This document shows positions 49,157 to 62,039 of a DNA stretch of 64,000 bases, one piece after another. The notes beneath the pieces were generated by a model. That model worked only from the letters and a program-made list of their open reading frames with translations. It was not told where the DNA came from and searched no databases. The translations under genes and the position numbers were made by a program. The stretch is from Macrostomum lignano (taxonomy: Eukaryota). Within the stretch, counting starts at the first letter, position 1, and each line of letters begins with the position of its first letter. Where the stretch lies: positions 1-64,000 of the forward strand of contig NIVC01002349.1 in assembly GCA_002269645.1 (NCBI GenBank), given 5' to 3'.

Positions 49157-52100
49157 TCTCCATCTGAAAAGATAGATGATGGCCCGGCCAGCACCAGCAT
49201 CAGTCAATGCGGTCATTTATATTGGCAATTCCTCATTAGCCCAGCCTACTACAGATCCTAAATATTATAGTCAATGAATGAACTCAACTTACTCAACAGG
49301 TACAGTATAGGGAGGCCTATTCAGCCAGAATGAATATCTGAGCCTTGAGCTGACAGGCCTGCAGGCCCCGCCATCTCCCCCCCTTCGGTCCCTATCAATC
49401 AATCGGTCCCCAGGTCCACAATTCCCCCCCCCCCAGTCACTCCCGAGCAGCGATATAAATAATGGGAGCATGATTGAGAAAGCCGTGTCAGTGGGGGGAG
49501 GCAAGCCCAACTTTATGCATGACGTGCATGAGGGGGAGGCAGGGAGGGGGCCCCGACCCCTCCGGCTTTGATTTATCGCTGCCCGCCTCCCCGACTCAAG
49601 CCGTCATGAGCTCTGATGAATGAGGTCTCCCAGCCTCCGCTTCTGGACTGGACTTTGCGACCTCAGCCTTATTTTAGCGACTAGGGACTTGGGAAATGAT
49701 CCGCGTTGAAAGCCTGAAGCGGTTTAGTCTGCCAAGTTAGAAATTGTTCACTTCCCTTGGTAGCTAGCAACACCTGGAACAGGGTCATCTTCTCTGCTCT
49801 AGTGGAACAGGGGTCCTTTGAAACTTCACAATAGCAATGCCAAGTTTTTTGTCTCTTCTCAGCTCTCTTCTCTCCTCTCTCTTCTCTCCTCTCTCCTCTC
49901 TTCTCTCTTCTCTCTCCTATTTCCCGTCTCCTCTCTCCTCTCTCTTCTCTTTTCTCTATTCTCTCTTCTCTCCTCTCTATTCTCTCTTCTCTCCTCTCTA
50001 TTCTCTCTTCTCTCCTCTCTATTCTCTCTTCTCTCCTCTCTATTTTCTCTTCTCTCCTCTCTATTCTCTCTTCTCTCCTCTCTATTCTCTCTTCTCTCCT
50101 CTCTATTCTCTCCTCTCTCCTCTCTTCTCTCTTCTCTCTCCTCTTTCCCGTCTCCTCTCTCCTCTCTCTTCTCTTCTCTCTATTCTCTCTTCTCTCCTCT
50201 CTATTCTCTCTTCTCTCCTCTCTATTCTCTCTTCTCTCCTCTCTCCTCTCTCTTCTCTTTTCTCTATTCTCTCTTCTCTCCTCTCTATTCTCTCTTCTCT
50301 CCTCTCTATTCTCTCTTCTCTCCTCTCTATTCTCTCTTCTCTCCTCTCTATTCTCTCTTCTCTCCTCTCTATTCTCTCTTCTCTCCTCTCTCCTCTCTCT
50401 TCTCTTTTCTCTATTCTCTCTTCTCTCCTCTCTATTCTCTCTTCTCTCCTCTCTATTCTCTTTTCTCTCCTCTCTATTCTCTCTTCTCTCCTCTCTATTC
50501 TCTCTTCTCTCCTCTCTCCTATCTCCGTCTCCTCTCTCCTCTCATCTAATCTCTCCTCTCCCTTTATCTCTCATCCCATCACTCATCTAGTCTTTCCTCT
50601 CATCTCTTCTCTATTCGCTCTCCTTTTCTCTCTGTCATCTGGCCCGCAGCCATGAGCTGGATTCTTTATCCGGCCCTTTGAGGTAAAAAAAAAAATTCCG
50701 ACCCCTTGATCTCTACTTTCAATTTGATTTTTCTGCCTTTAACAAAAGCAGCAACTCTTCTGTCTCTTCACATTGTGGAAACGCGGCGCCGTCTGTCCCG
50801 CTGCAAATTTGGGGGGGGGGTTAAAGTGGCGAAAGAGGAAGATTGGTTTCTATTCCTGTGTCCGACTTCTGCAGTGCCTCATCACCACTCTCAGTGTGCT
50901 TGAGAGTACTTGAGAGCAGCGGCCGGGTCCTCGAGAAAAGTGAAATAAATTTCTCTAGCCAAACTCCAGAACTGGGCAGAGCTGAGAACGGCGGGGAAAA
51001 TGAAAGAAACAAATTGATTTATTATTATTATTATTACAATACTATTACAGACCGACCCAAAGCAGAGTCCGCTCGCTCTGCTGGTGAAGACCTGCGACAG
51101 CATCGGCTCGGGCTCAGAGCATCACTCGGCTGCAACAACTGGCGCCAGCAGCGGCGCCTCCCGCTCCACCAGCCGTCGCTCCGCTGGAAGCCGGCCGCCG
51201 TCGGCGACCAACGCAGTCGATGCCGGAGCCCCGCCACCGCTGAAGCGGCCCGCCAGTCCCGCCAGCCGCGGCGGCTTCGGGCAGCCTCGCCCGGCTAAGC
51301 AGCGCTCGCCGCAGTCGCCGCCACCGCCGCTGCCGCCACCCCCGCCTCCGCCCCAATCGAATCCGTTGAAGTCAGCTGAGTCGCCGACTTCGGCTTCATC
51401 GGCTGCGGCGATCGCGGCGGCGATGGCGGCTGCCGCAGCTGCAGTTGCCGGAGGCGGCCCGCACCAGCAGCAGCAACAGCAGCATGCCTCTCCGCCGCTC
51501 TCCTATCCGCCGATGTTCCCGCCTTTCCACCATCATCAGCCGCATCATCAGCAGCATCTGGCCACCTGGGGACTCGGCGCTGTGCCCGAAGGCCACTCGG
51601 CCGCCGTCTGCACCTGTCCGCACTGCGTCCACGCCCGGGCCCTGGTGGACTATCTCTACGCCTCGGCGGCGGCGGCCGCGGCAGCCTCAGCTGCGGCCGA
51701 AACCAGCACCGCGTTAACGACAACCAGCAGCAGCAGCAGCAGCAGCTCCGGCCAGCAGCAGCAGCGCCGCCAGCATTCGTCCCCGGCGCCGCAGACTCCC
51801 CAGGCCGAGTTCTGCATCTTCTGCGGCCGGCACTGCCCGACCCCCGAGCAGCTGGTGCGGCACATGCGCTCGCACGAGTCGTCCTCGTTCGCGACGTCGG
51901 TTGCGTCGGCGCCGCCAGCAGCTCCGCAGCTCAGCCCGTTCAGCGGGCCGCCGTCTCCGCCACAGATGCCGACTTTGCCAACTTCGTCGTCGCATCATAA
52001 CGCGACGCTGGCTTACGCGGCCGCTGCCGCCGCCGCCGCAGCAATGCAGCAGCCGCATCAGCAGCACCAGCAGCTGGAGTCGATGCGCAAGTGGGCGGCA

Positions 52101-52205
52101 GCGGCGGCGGCGGCAGCGGCGGGCCCGGATCAGCGCTACCAGCCCTACCGCAGCCTTCTCGGCCGCCTGCAGTTCCCTCATTTCGGGGCGGCGCCCCTGG
52201 TCTGA
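47260..52205 (+). CDS. NET-family (NocA/Elbow/Tlp-1; ZNF503/ZNF703-like) zinc-finger transcription factor, 2 exons, ~428 aa
   Basis: Exon 1 47260-47391 ends QYLHPDFLEAPSCL|gtgagt. Exon 2 51051-52205 starts TDPKQSPLALLVKTCDSIG (Sp motif) and contains a CTCPHC btd-like box, a single C2H2 finger CIFCGRHCPTPEQLVRHMRSH, poly-Ala runs and C-terminal RYQPY. Confidence 0.85.
47690..48124. repeat. 45-bp minisatellite in the NET intron
   Basis: Unit gttgaatcgatgtgtctatggtccaacttgtagccagagttaatc. Confidence 0.95.
49078..49152. repeat. (GA)n microsatellite
   Basis: Perfect GA run. Confidence 0.95.
49808..50705 (+). mobile_element. Family 1 non-autonomous element with ~800-bp CT-rich interior
   Basis: Starts caggggtcctttgaaacttcacaatagcaat and ends ggcccgcagccatgagctggattc..ccctttgaggtaaaa..ccgacccct; the termini aggggtc/gacccct are inverted. 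Confidence 0.6.
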
Positions 52206-52954
52206 CTGGCTCAAGCAGACTGACAGATGAACAATCGCACCTTTCAATTCTCGACTAAACTCTCTCGCTTCCCATTGGCCTCCGCTTCATGAACATCGTG
52301 TAATTACGCGTATTATTAGCGATATTCGGCCTGCATAGCAACGCTCTGCATACTTATAAGTATCGATTCGTCCCTGTATTCCTTCGCGCTTGGTTCTTGA
52401 TGTACACACAGCAACAGTAGCAGCAGAACTATAGAATGCGCTGTACCTGCTATAAGCTGAGTAAATTATAATAATAGTAACAGATTACTTATTTTGCATT
52501 AAGTCGGTCGATATTTTATATCTATGTATATGTACAGTATGTATGTATATATAATCATGTAATCCTCTTCTTCAACCTCAAGAATAATTAGGTTAAATAA
52601 AGAGGCAAGTCAAGCAAAAAGTGCCAATCAACACTGCTAAATTGTTATATTTACAACCCTGCTGTCCTGACTAATGCAGCTTTGTCAGCTCTGTTTCAAA
52701 TTAAATAATTAGGTGATCAAAATAATCCAACTTGTGCTAAAGAATAATACCACGTTGGCTTGTTCTGTAATAACATATGCAATATATAAACCTTCATACA
52801 TTATAAAAAGTAAATATAAATATTTCATACAGTATGTAACATCTCGGCGCTGAGATAAAAACTGCTAATGTGATCCATTACGTACCTATTCATCGGTTGC
52901 CTTGTTACCCGATTGTTTTTTCTCTAAGAAACAGGTAGGGAAAATATGTCAAGA

Positions 52955-53302
52955 GAGTTACAGTTGTAGATAAGAGAGTGACAGTTGCAGATAAGAGAGT
53001 GACAGTTGTAGATAAGAGAGTGACAGTTGTAGATAAGATAGTGACAGTTTCAGATAAGAGAGTGACAGTTGTAGATAAGATAGTGACAGTTGCAGATAAG
53101 AGAGTGACAGTTGTAGACAAGAGAGTGACAGTTGTAGATAAGAGAGTGACAGTTGCAGATAAGAGAGTGACAGTTGTAGACAACAGAGTGACAGTTGTAG
53201 ATAAGAGAGTGACAGTTGCAGATAAGAGAGTGACAGTTGTAGATAAGAGAGTGACAGTTGTAGACAACAGAGTGACAGTTGCAGACAAGAGAGTGACAGT
53301 TG
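52955..53302. repeat. 21-bp minisatellite
   Basis: Unit gtgacagttgtagataagaga. Confidence 0.95.
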
Positions 53303-53849
53303 AGCATTATAGAAATGACAAGCAAGATATTTAAACAATTATAAACACTCGCTCTCTAATCGCTCAAATTCAATCAGATTAAGAGAATCAGACTCTCTTA
53401 GATTCTGATTCAGAATCAGAATCAGATTAACAGTATTTTGTTACCTGTAATTGCATGGTTGCTTAGAAAATATGCAACTTTATTTAGAAAAGAGAGAAAG
53501 CAAAAAGCAAAGCTTAAGTTTAGGCCAGCAGACTTTCCCACGGGTCTGTCGGTTTTGTCGGCAAAGATCAAAAGAAACGCTAAGCTCAGTACGAGTAGGA
53601 GTAAACTATATAATCCAACCCTTGTTTACCCGTTTCGCTAAGCATTTTATGGAGAATTTGAAAGAAAAATTTCGGGAAATAAGCGACTAAGCGGGCACTG
53701 CTAGGACTGGCTGACAGACAGACAGGCAACCTAACCTGCGGTTAGAACTGTAAACTGAATGCTGATTGACTGACACTGAGAGTCAGGCAGATAGAATATG
53801 CAAATTAAGAGTGTTATAAAAGTAGTGGCAAATAACTGTAAGGGGATGC

Positions 53850-54590
53850 AGTTGAGAAAATCAGAGAAGGAAATAGGAAGAGTCAGGATTAAGCTGAGAG
53901 TCAGGGGATGAGATTAAGGTGAGAGTCAGAGGATGAGATTATGCTCAGAATCAGAGAATGAGACAAGCTGAGAGTCAGATGATGAGACAAGCTGAGAGTC
54001 AGAGGATGAGACAAGCTGAGAGTCAGAGGATGAGATTAGAAGAGTCAGGAGAATTAGCTGGGAGTCAGAGGATGCAGTTGAGAGAATCAGAGAAGGAAAT
54101 AGAAAGAGTCAGAGGATGAGATAAGCTAAGAGTCAGAGGATGAGATTAAGCTGAGAGTCAGAGGATGAGATTAGAAGAGTCAGGAGAATTAGCTGCGAGT
54201 CAGAGGATGAGATTAGAAGAGTCAGGAGAATTAGCTGCGAGTCAGAGGATGAGATTAAAAGAGTCAGGAGAATTAGCTGCGAGTCAGAGGATGAGATTAG
54301 AAGAGTCAGGAGAATTAGCTGCGAGTCAGAGGATGAGATTAGAAGAGTCAGGAGAATTAGCTGGGAGTCAGAGGATGCAGTTGAGAGAATCAAAGAAGGA
54401 AATAGAAAGAGTCAGAGGATGAGATAAGCTGAGAGTCAGAGGATGAGACAAGCTGAGAGTCAGAGGATGAGACAAGCTGAGAGTCAGAGGATGAGATAAG
54501 CGGAGAGTCAGAGGATAAGATAAGCTGAGAGTCAGAGGATGAGACAAGCTGAGAGTCAAAGGATGAGATTAAGCTGAGAGTCAGAGGAGA
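53850..54590. repeat. Compound 24/42-bp minisatellite
   Basis: Units gagtcagaggatgagacaagctga and gagtcagaggatgagattagaagagtcaggagaattagctgc. Confidence 0.9.
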
Positions 54591-55035
54591 GATAGTGAAA
54601 GCCAGATATCGGAAGGGCGACTAGCTGATGCAGTCAGTCAGTTGATCCTTTATCATTTCCCGGCGCCCACAGTCAGCAGTCGCAGTTTGTAGCGACAGTT
54701 CTATCGGGTTTAGCTCGGTGGCCGGCATCTTCTGATCAAGAGGAGAGGCAGAGAGAGAAACTGATTGATTGATTGATTGATTGATGACCCGGTATGCGGC
54801 CGCGGCACCTTGTGGAAATCCAAATCGACGGACAGACGGAATTGACGAGGCAAGAAAAATGGGTAAAGGAGAGGTGAAGAATGAACGAGCTGCAATCCTT
54901 GCGCCTCGGTTTTTTCTTTTAGTCTTTCTTTTTCTGCTTCTTCTTCTTGGCCGTTGAGTTCAAGGAGTTCGAAGACATGGAAAATCTAGTAAAAGAAACT
55001 GCCTGGTGACTTTTTGATTCTGATATCCTGATAAC

Positions 55036-55333
55036 GGCATGGCACTCCCCGGTATGGCACTCCCCGGCATGGCACTTCCCGGTATGGTACTCCCCGGTAT
55101 GGCACTCCCCGGCATGGCACTTCCCGGTATGGCACTCCTCGGTATGGCACTCCCCGGCATGACACTTCCCGGCATGACACTTCCCGGTATGGAACTCCTC
55201 GGTATGGCATTCCCCGGTATGGAACTCCTCGGTATGGCATTCCCCGGTATGGAACTCCTCGGTATGGCATTCCCCGGTATGGCACTCCTCGGTATGGTAC
55301 TCCCCGGTATGGCACTCCCCGGTATGGCACTCC
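55036..55333. repeat. 15-bp minisatellite
   Basis: Unit ggtatggcactcccc. Confidence 0.92.
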
Positions 55334-55609
55334 TTGACTCTCTTTAACCGCACTCCAGACCCTGGCTGTATCCATAGAATTCCATGACAAAGGCGCGATC
55401 TCCTTGACCAATTATCATCAGCCGGGCAGTCGGTCGGGCTTTGATAAATCGAGCAATGCCTGAGGCTGCGGCGATGATGAAGGAGACTGGATTAGGGCGT
55501 GGTATGTTCAGACCTGCATGGCTTTTAAGATGGATTCCCTTTCCTGCCTGAATAGACAGCCTGCTGCAGATGCGGATCTCAGATTTCGAAAATTCCAATT
55601 TTCGACTCC

Positions 55610-57062
55610 GAAACCCCAGCTATTCGAATCCGAAAATCCCAACTACCAAATCCGAAATCCCAATAAATTTAATTCAAAATCCCCAATAAACCGAATCCAA
55701 AATCCCAACTATTCGAATCCGAAATCCCAACTATTCGAATCCGAAATCCCAACTATTCGAATCTGAAATTCCAAATATTCGAATCTGAAATTCCAATTAT
55801 TCGAATCCGAAATCCCAACTATTCGAATCTGAAATTCCAAATATTCGAATCCGAAATCCCAACTATTCGAATCCAAAATTCCAACTATTCGAATCTGAAA
55901 TTCCAATTATTCGAATCCGAAATCCCAACTATTCGAATCCAAAATTCCAACTATTCGAATCTGAAATTCCAAATATTCGAATCCGAAATCCCAACTATTC
56001 GAATCCAAAATTCCAACTATTCGAATCTGAAATCCCAATTATTCGAATCCGAAATCCCAACTATTCGAATCCAAAATTCCAACTATTCGAATCTGAAATT
56101 CCAATTATTCGAATCCGAAATCCCAACTATTCGAATCTGAAATTCCAAATATTCGAATCCGAAATCCCAACTATTCGAATCCAAAATTCCAACTATTCGA
56201 ATCTGAAATTCCAACTATTCGAATCCGAAATCCCAACTATTCGAATCTGAAATTCCAACTATTCGAATCTGAAATCCCAACTATTCGAATCTGAAATTCC
56301 AATTATTCGAATCCGAAATTCCAACTATTCGAATCTGAAATTCCAAATATTCGAATCCGAAATCCCAACTATTCGAATCTGAAATTCCAATTATTCGAAT
56401 CCGAAATCCCAACTATTCGAATCTGAAATTCCAATTATTCGAATCCGAAATCCCAACTATTCGAATCTGAAATTCCAAATATTCGAATCCGAAATCCCAA
56501 CTATTCGAATCCAAAATTCCAACTATTCGAATCTGAAATTCCAAATATTCGAATCCGAAATCCCAACTATTCGAATCCAAAATTCCAACTATTCGAATCT
56601 GAAATCCCAACTATTCGAATCTGAAATTCCAATTATTCGAATCCGAAATCCCAACTATTCGAATCTGAAATTCCAAATATTCGAATCCGAAATCCCAACT
56701 ATTCGAATCTGAAATTCCAAATATTCGAATCCGAAATCCCAACTATTCGAATCTGAAATTCCAAATATTCGAATCCGAAATCCCAACTATTCGAATCTGA
56801 AATTCCAACTATTCGAATCTGAAATTCCAACTATTCGAATCCAAAATTCCAACTATTCGAATCCAAAATTCCAACTATTCGAATCTGAAATTCCAACTAT
56901 TCGAATCCAAAATTCCAACTATTCGAATCCAAAATTCCAACTATTCGAATCTGAAATCCCAACTATTCGTATCCGAAATCCCAACTATTCGAATCCAAAA
57001 TTCCAACTATTCGAATCTGAAATCCCAACTATTCGTATCCGAAATCCCAATTATTCGAATTA
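55610..57062. repeat. 22-bp minisatellite containing palindromic ATTCGAAT
   Basis: Unit tattcgaatc(c/t)gaaat(c/t)ccaac. Confidence 0.95.
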
Positions 57063-57894
57063 TTCTAGGATAAAAGTAAAGTCACAGTGGGTAGGCTTAC
57101 TAACTGCTCACAGGGTCAGTGAACCCGACTGTCGGGCACATTGTCAGGCAGTTTTACACAGCCATGTGACGCCACTAATCAGCAGCGACAATAAATCTAT
57201 AAATTCGCTGGAATTAAATTGAAATCCAAGATAAGTCAGTCTACCCCATACCGCCCTCGCACTCCAGTCGGTGGAGCAATACGCTCATAAATCATCCGAA
57301 CTGGCAGTGCGACCCCCCCCCCGCAATAATTAATCTGCAGCTACCAAATATTTCTTCGCGCTGCTCTCGCGACTGGCGAGGCAATAAACTTTCTTTCCCG
57401 AAATTCTTTGGCCGCGTCAAAAAAACTGTATCGGCTTTCACTGACAAGCGGCGGCCTCGCGCGCGCCCAAAAAGAGGAAAAATTCCCCCTGTCAATGTTG
57501 TGTTTTGGATTGTTACATATCTCTTCTTGGTCTCTGTGACTGCCTGCCTGTCTGCCTGTCTTTGCAGCAGGGCAGGGTGGGGTTCAGGAGAGGAAAGCGA
57601 CAAGGACGCAGACAGGGAAATGATTAACGGGACGGGTCTCCCCAGCTTCATTTTAGCTTCCAAATTGTGGCCACTCCATCAAACAGAGCCTGAGCCGTTT
57701 GACCGATTGAGGCTGGGATGTGGCTCGAGCTGCAGTTTTACCCAGCGACTCGGCCATTTGTGTAGATGCAGTCTCCCTGAGCTAGCGGCCGCTGTGTGCG
57801 TGACAGTCACTACTCTGTCGCTTGTACTTTCTATACATGTGGTGAGCCAGGCAGTCTTCCCTGACGCCCAGGTAGTCTTCCCTGATGCCCCGCT

Positions 57895-59580
57895 AGCCTC
57901 TCTTGGCGCCCCACAGCCTCTCTTGGCGCCCCACAGCCTCTCCTAGCGCCACGCAGCCTCTCTTGGCACCCCGCAGTCTCTCCTAGTGCCCCACAGCCTC
58001 TCCTAGCACAACGCAGCCTCTCCTAGCGCCCCGCAGCCTCTCTTGGCGCCTCGCAGCCTCTCTTGGCGCCCCACAGCCTCTCTTGGCGCCACGCAGCCTC
58101 TCTTGGCGCCCCGCAGTCTCTCCTAGTGCCCCACAGCCTCTCCTAGCGCCACGCAGCCTCTCTTGGCACCCCGCAGTCTCTCCTAGTGCCCCACAGCCTC
58201 TCCTAGCGCCACGCAGCCTCTCCTAGCGCCCCGCAGCCTCTCTTGGCGCCTCGCAGCCTCTCTTGGCGCCCCACAGTCTCTCTTGGCGCCCGCAGCCTCT
58301 CTTGGCGCCCCACAGCCTCTCTTGGCGCCCCGCAGTCTCTCTTGGCGCCCCACAGCCTCTCTTGGCGCCCCACAGCCTCTCTTGGCGCCCCACAGCCTCT
58401 CTTGGCGCCACGCAGCCTCTCTTGGCGCCCCGCAGTCTCTCCTAGTGCCCGACAGTCTCTCCTAGCGCCACGCAGCCTCTCCTAGCGCCGCACAGCCTAT
58501 CCTAGCGCCCCACAGCCTCTCTTGGCGCCCCACAGCCTCTCTTGGCGCCCCGCAGCCTCTCTTGGCGCCTCGCAGCCTCTCTTGGCGCCCCACAGCCTCT
58601 CTTGGCGCCCCACAGCCTCTCTTGGCGCCCCACAGCCTCTCCTAGCGCCACGCAGCCTCTCTTGGCGCCCCGCAGTCTCTCTTGGCGCCCCACAGCCTCT
58701 CTTGGCGCCCCGCAGTCTCTCTTGGCGCCCCACAGCCTCTCTTGGCGCCCCACAGCCTCTCTTGGCGCCCCACAGCCTCTCTTGGCGCCACGCAGCCTCT
58801 CTTGGCGCCCCGCAGTCTCTCCTAGTGCCCCACAGCCTCTCCTAGTGCCACGCAGCCTCTCCTAGTGCCCCACAGCCTCTCCTAGCGCCACGCAGCCTCT
58901 CTTGGCGCCCCGCAGTCTCTCCTAGTGCCCCACAGCCTCTCCTAGCGCCACGCAGCCTCTCCTAGTGCCCCACAGCCTCTCCTAGCGCCACGCAGCCTCT
59001 CCTAGCGCCCCGCAGCCTCTCTTGGCGCCCCACAGCCTCTCTTGGCGCCCCACAGCCTCTCTTGGCGCCCCACAGCCTCTCTTGGCGCCACGCAGCCTCT
59101 CTTGGCGCCCCGCAGCCTCTCTTGGCGCCCCGCAGCCTCTCTTGGCGCCCCGCAGCCTCTCTTGGCGCCTCGCAGCCTCTCTTGGCGCCTCGCAGCCTCT
59201 CTTGGCGCCCCACAGCCTCTCTTGGCGCCCCACAGTCTCTCTTGGCGCCCCACAACCTCTCCTAGCGCCGCACAGCCTCTCCTAGCGCCCCGCAGCCTCT
59301 CCTAGCGCCACGCAGCCTCTCCTAGCGCCCCACAGCCTCTCCTAGCGCCACGCAGCCTCTCCTAGCGCCCCACAGCCTCTCCTAGCGCCGCACAGCCTCT
59401 CCTAGCGCCACGCAGCCTCTCCTAGCACCCCACAGCCTCTCCCGGCGCCGCACAGCCTCTCCTAGCGCCACGCAGCCTCTCCTAGCGCCCCACAGCCTCT
59501 CCTAGCGCCGCACAGCCTCTCCTAGCGCCACGCAGCCTCTCCTAGCACCCCACAGCCTCTCCCGGCGCCGCACAGCCTCC
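57895..59580. repeat. 20-bp GC-rich minisatellite
   Basis: Unit cagcctctcttggcgcccca with a cagcctctcctagcgccacg variant. Confidence 0.95.
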
Positions 59581-60442
59581 ACAAAGTTATGATCTCATTA
59601 TTTTGCATCCCCAGTTTCTCGCTACTGCCTCGACTGGCGCCAAAAATCTCCACCAGAGAAAAAAGCCATGACTAAAAGCCAACAAGCAGCCGCAGCAGCA
59701 AAGAATAATTATCACGATTTCCCGCACACACCCGAAGCTCTCCCAACAGGCGGATCTCAGGGTTGAGAGAGTTTTTTTTCCATTATTGAATAACGTCTGC
59801 GTGACCCAACAAGAGCGAGACCTGGGCTGGATTGATAATACGGCCTTCAGCTTTGAATTCACGGTTGAATTTCGAGAGAAAGGACCGAGACTTAAGTGGC
59901 TCAAGGCCGGCCAGTCGAAGTATAGCTCAGAGTTCTTTCTGTTGCTGCAAAAGCAAAAAATTGCCAAGGCGACTCCTCCCTCTACCCTGCTGTCAGCTGT
60001 CAATCAAATTATCAAAGACAGATGAATGAATGACTGCAATGACGACGGGCTGAGAGAGGGGAGGAAAATGGGAAATAATATGAGCCATGCCCCCCTTATC
60101 CCCCCGCGAACTCAGTTGTAATACTCGTATCCTATATATTAGTAATACGATTTGAGACTTGTACGAGATGCCAGATTTCTATATCAGTTTAAGCAGGCCT
60201 TTTTTGGATTTCTAGCAATCATCATCAATCTCCTGTTTGTCTGGCTCCCCTCCCGCTGCTGCGAGTTTGCTTTCGCAATGTTGACTCTCAAGCCGCATTC
60301 TCTGCTTCCGTCAAGACAGGGCAGGACTGTATAGGCTCTGGTGAGCTCCTGCATGTTTGCTTTTCAAAGATGGGCTCAGTGTGAATAGGAGAAGGAATGG
60401 TAATTGGCATTGCCTATCGCAGCCCATCATTGTGCAGGATGT

Positions 60443-61190
60443 CTCAGGGTGTCAGGGTTCCAGGAGTCTCTGACGAGGGGTGTCAGGGTTCCAGGAGTAT
60501 CTGACAAGGGGTTTCAGGGTTCCAGGAGTATCTGACGAGGAGTGCCAGGGTTCCAGGAGTCTCTGACGAGGAGTGCCAGGGTACGAGGAGTCTCTGACGA
60601 GGGGTGTCAGGGTTCCAGGAGTCTCTGAAGAGGGGTGTCAGGGTTCCAGGAGTATCTGACGAGGGGTGTCAGGGTTCCAGGAGTCTCTGACGAGGAGTGT
60701 CAGGCTCTCAATGCTGAACTAGATCTCATTCTAGTGAGGGTGTCAGGCTCTCACTCTAGTGAGGGACGTCAGGCTCTCACTCTAGTGGGGGATGTCAGGC
60801 TCTCACTCTAGTGGGGGATGTCAGGCTCTCACTCTAGCGAGGGATGTCAGGCTCTCACTCTAGTGGGGATGTCAGGCTCTCATTCTAGTGAGGGTGTCAG
60901 GCTCTCACTCTAGCGAGGGATGTCAGGCTCTCACTCTAGTGGGGGATGTCAGGCTCTCACTCTAGTGAGGGATGTCAGGCTCTCACTCTAGTGGGGGATG
61001 TCAGGCTCTCACTCTAGTGGGGGATGTCAGGCTCTCACTCTAGTGAGGGATGTCAGGCTCTCACTCTAGTGGGGGATGTCAGGCTCTCACTCTAGTGAGG
61101 GATGTCAGGCTCTCACTCTAGTGGGGGATGTCAGGCTCTCACTCTAGTGGGGGATGTCAGGCTCTCACTCTAGTGGGGGATGTCAGGCTC
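60443..61190. repeat. Two abutting minisatellites (31 bp, then 26 bp)
   Basis: gtcagggttccaggagtctctgacgaggggt to about 60702, then gtcaggctctcactctagtgggggat. Confidence 0.9.
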
Positions 61191-62039
61191 TCTAAAGAGA
61201 TTTCTAAAGGTCAAATATGACGTTTGTATATTAAATTGCACTGAGCACAAAGTAAATAAAATTAGCTACTAACAGTATGTACATATGGCTTGTGAAACCT
61301 GGACTCATTTTTCAATCACAGACGTGCAAAAAAGGCCAAGTCGTAAAATTTAACTGAATGCAACAATAGTATATATCAATTTCTTTTTTCCAGAAAATGC
61401 TTCTGGTCAGGGATGAAACAATAGAATGATGGAGACTAAACCAATCGGGATACAAGGGGTTCAAATCAGAGCAGAGATGTATAGTCAAGATTCATCTTGT
61501 CAGGCAAATTAAAATATTTCGGGCAAATTTATATAATTTAACAGTTTTAAGCGAATAGAATGCTACTAGACCGTCAGTAGGATGGAGCGGATATTATATG
61601 GAAAAAAATAAATTATCAAGAGTATAAACGGAAGGAGAAATGAGTCGAAAAATAGTAGTTTAATATTAAATAAATAGACCACGGTATGTGCAGGTAATAA
61701 AATTTGAGAGACAGTCTTGCAGAACAGCAACAGCCAGCATGGGTAAATAAAAACAAATTAATTATTTATTCTGAACAACGGTGAAAGCATTGAAAATTCG
61801 AATCTCAGAATCATAGGTCTGACTGCAGTCTAATCTGACAGCTAATGTCAGTACACACACGTACTTGCACATCACACACAGATGAGCAGGTGTATGTCAG
61901 TACAGCAACTTCTTCAAATAGCACCAGTGGATTGTAGGCTATTATATGTAGCATTATTGTCCATCAAAGCAGGCCCGATGATAAATAACCTGCTAATCCT
62001 TTTTCCTTTAAACTGCGATAAACCTCGAGAACAATTTTT

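Noticed and set aside
57500-57946. 148-aa ORF or hydrophobic exon at ~57769-57841
   Set aside because: No recognisable homology, it runs into a minisatellite, and no partner exons were found.
60443-60702. Repeated CTGACGAG as tandem hammerheads
   Set aside because: No GAAA or stem II/III follows in the unit.
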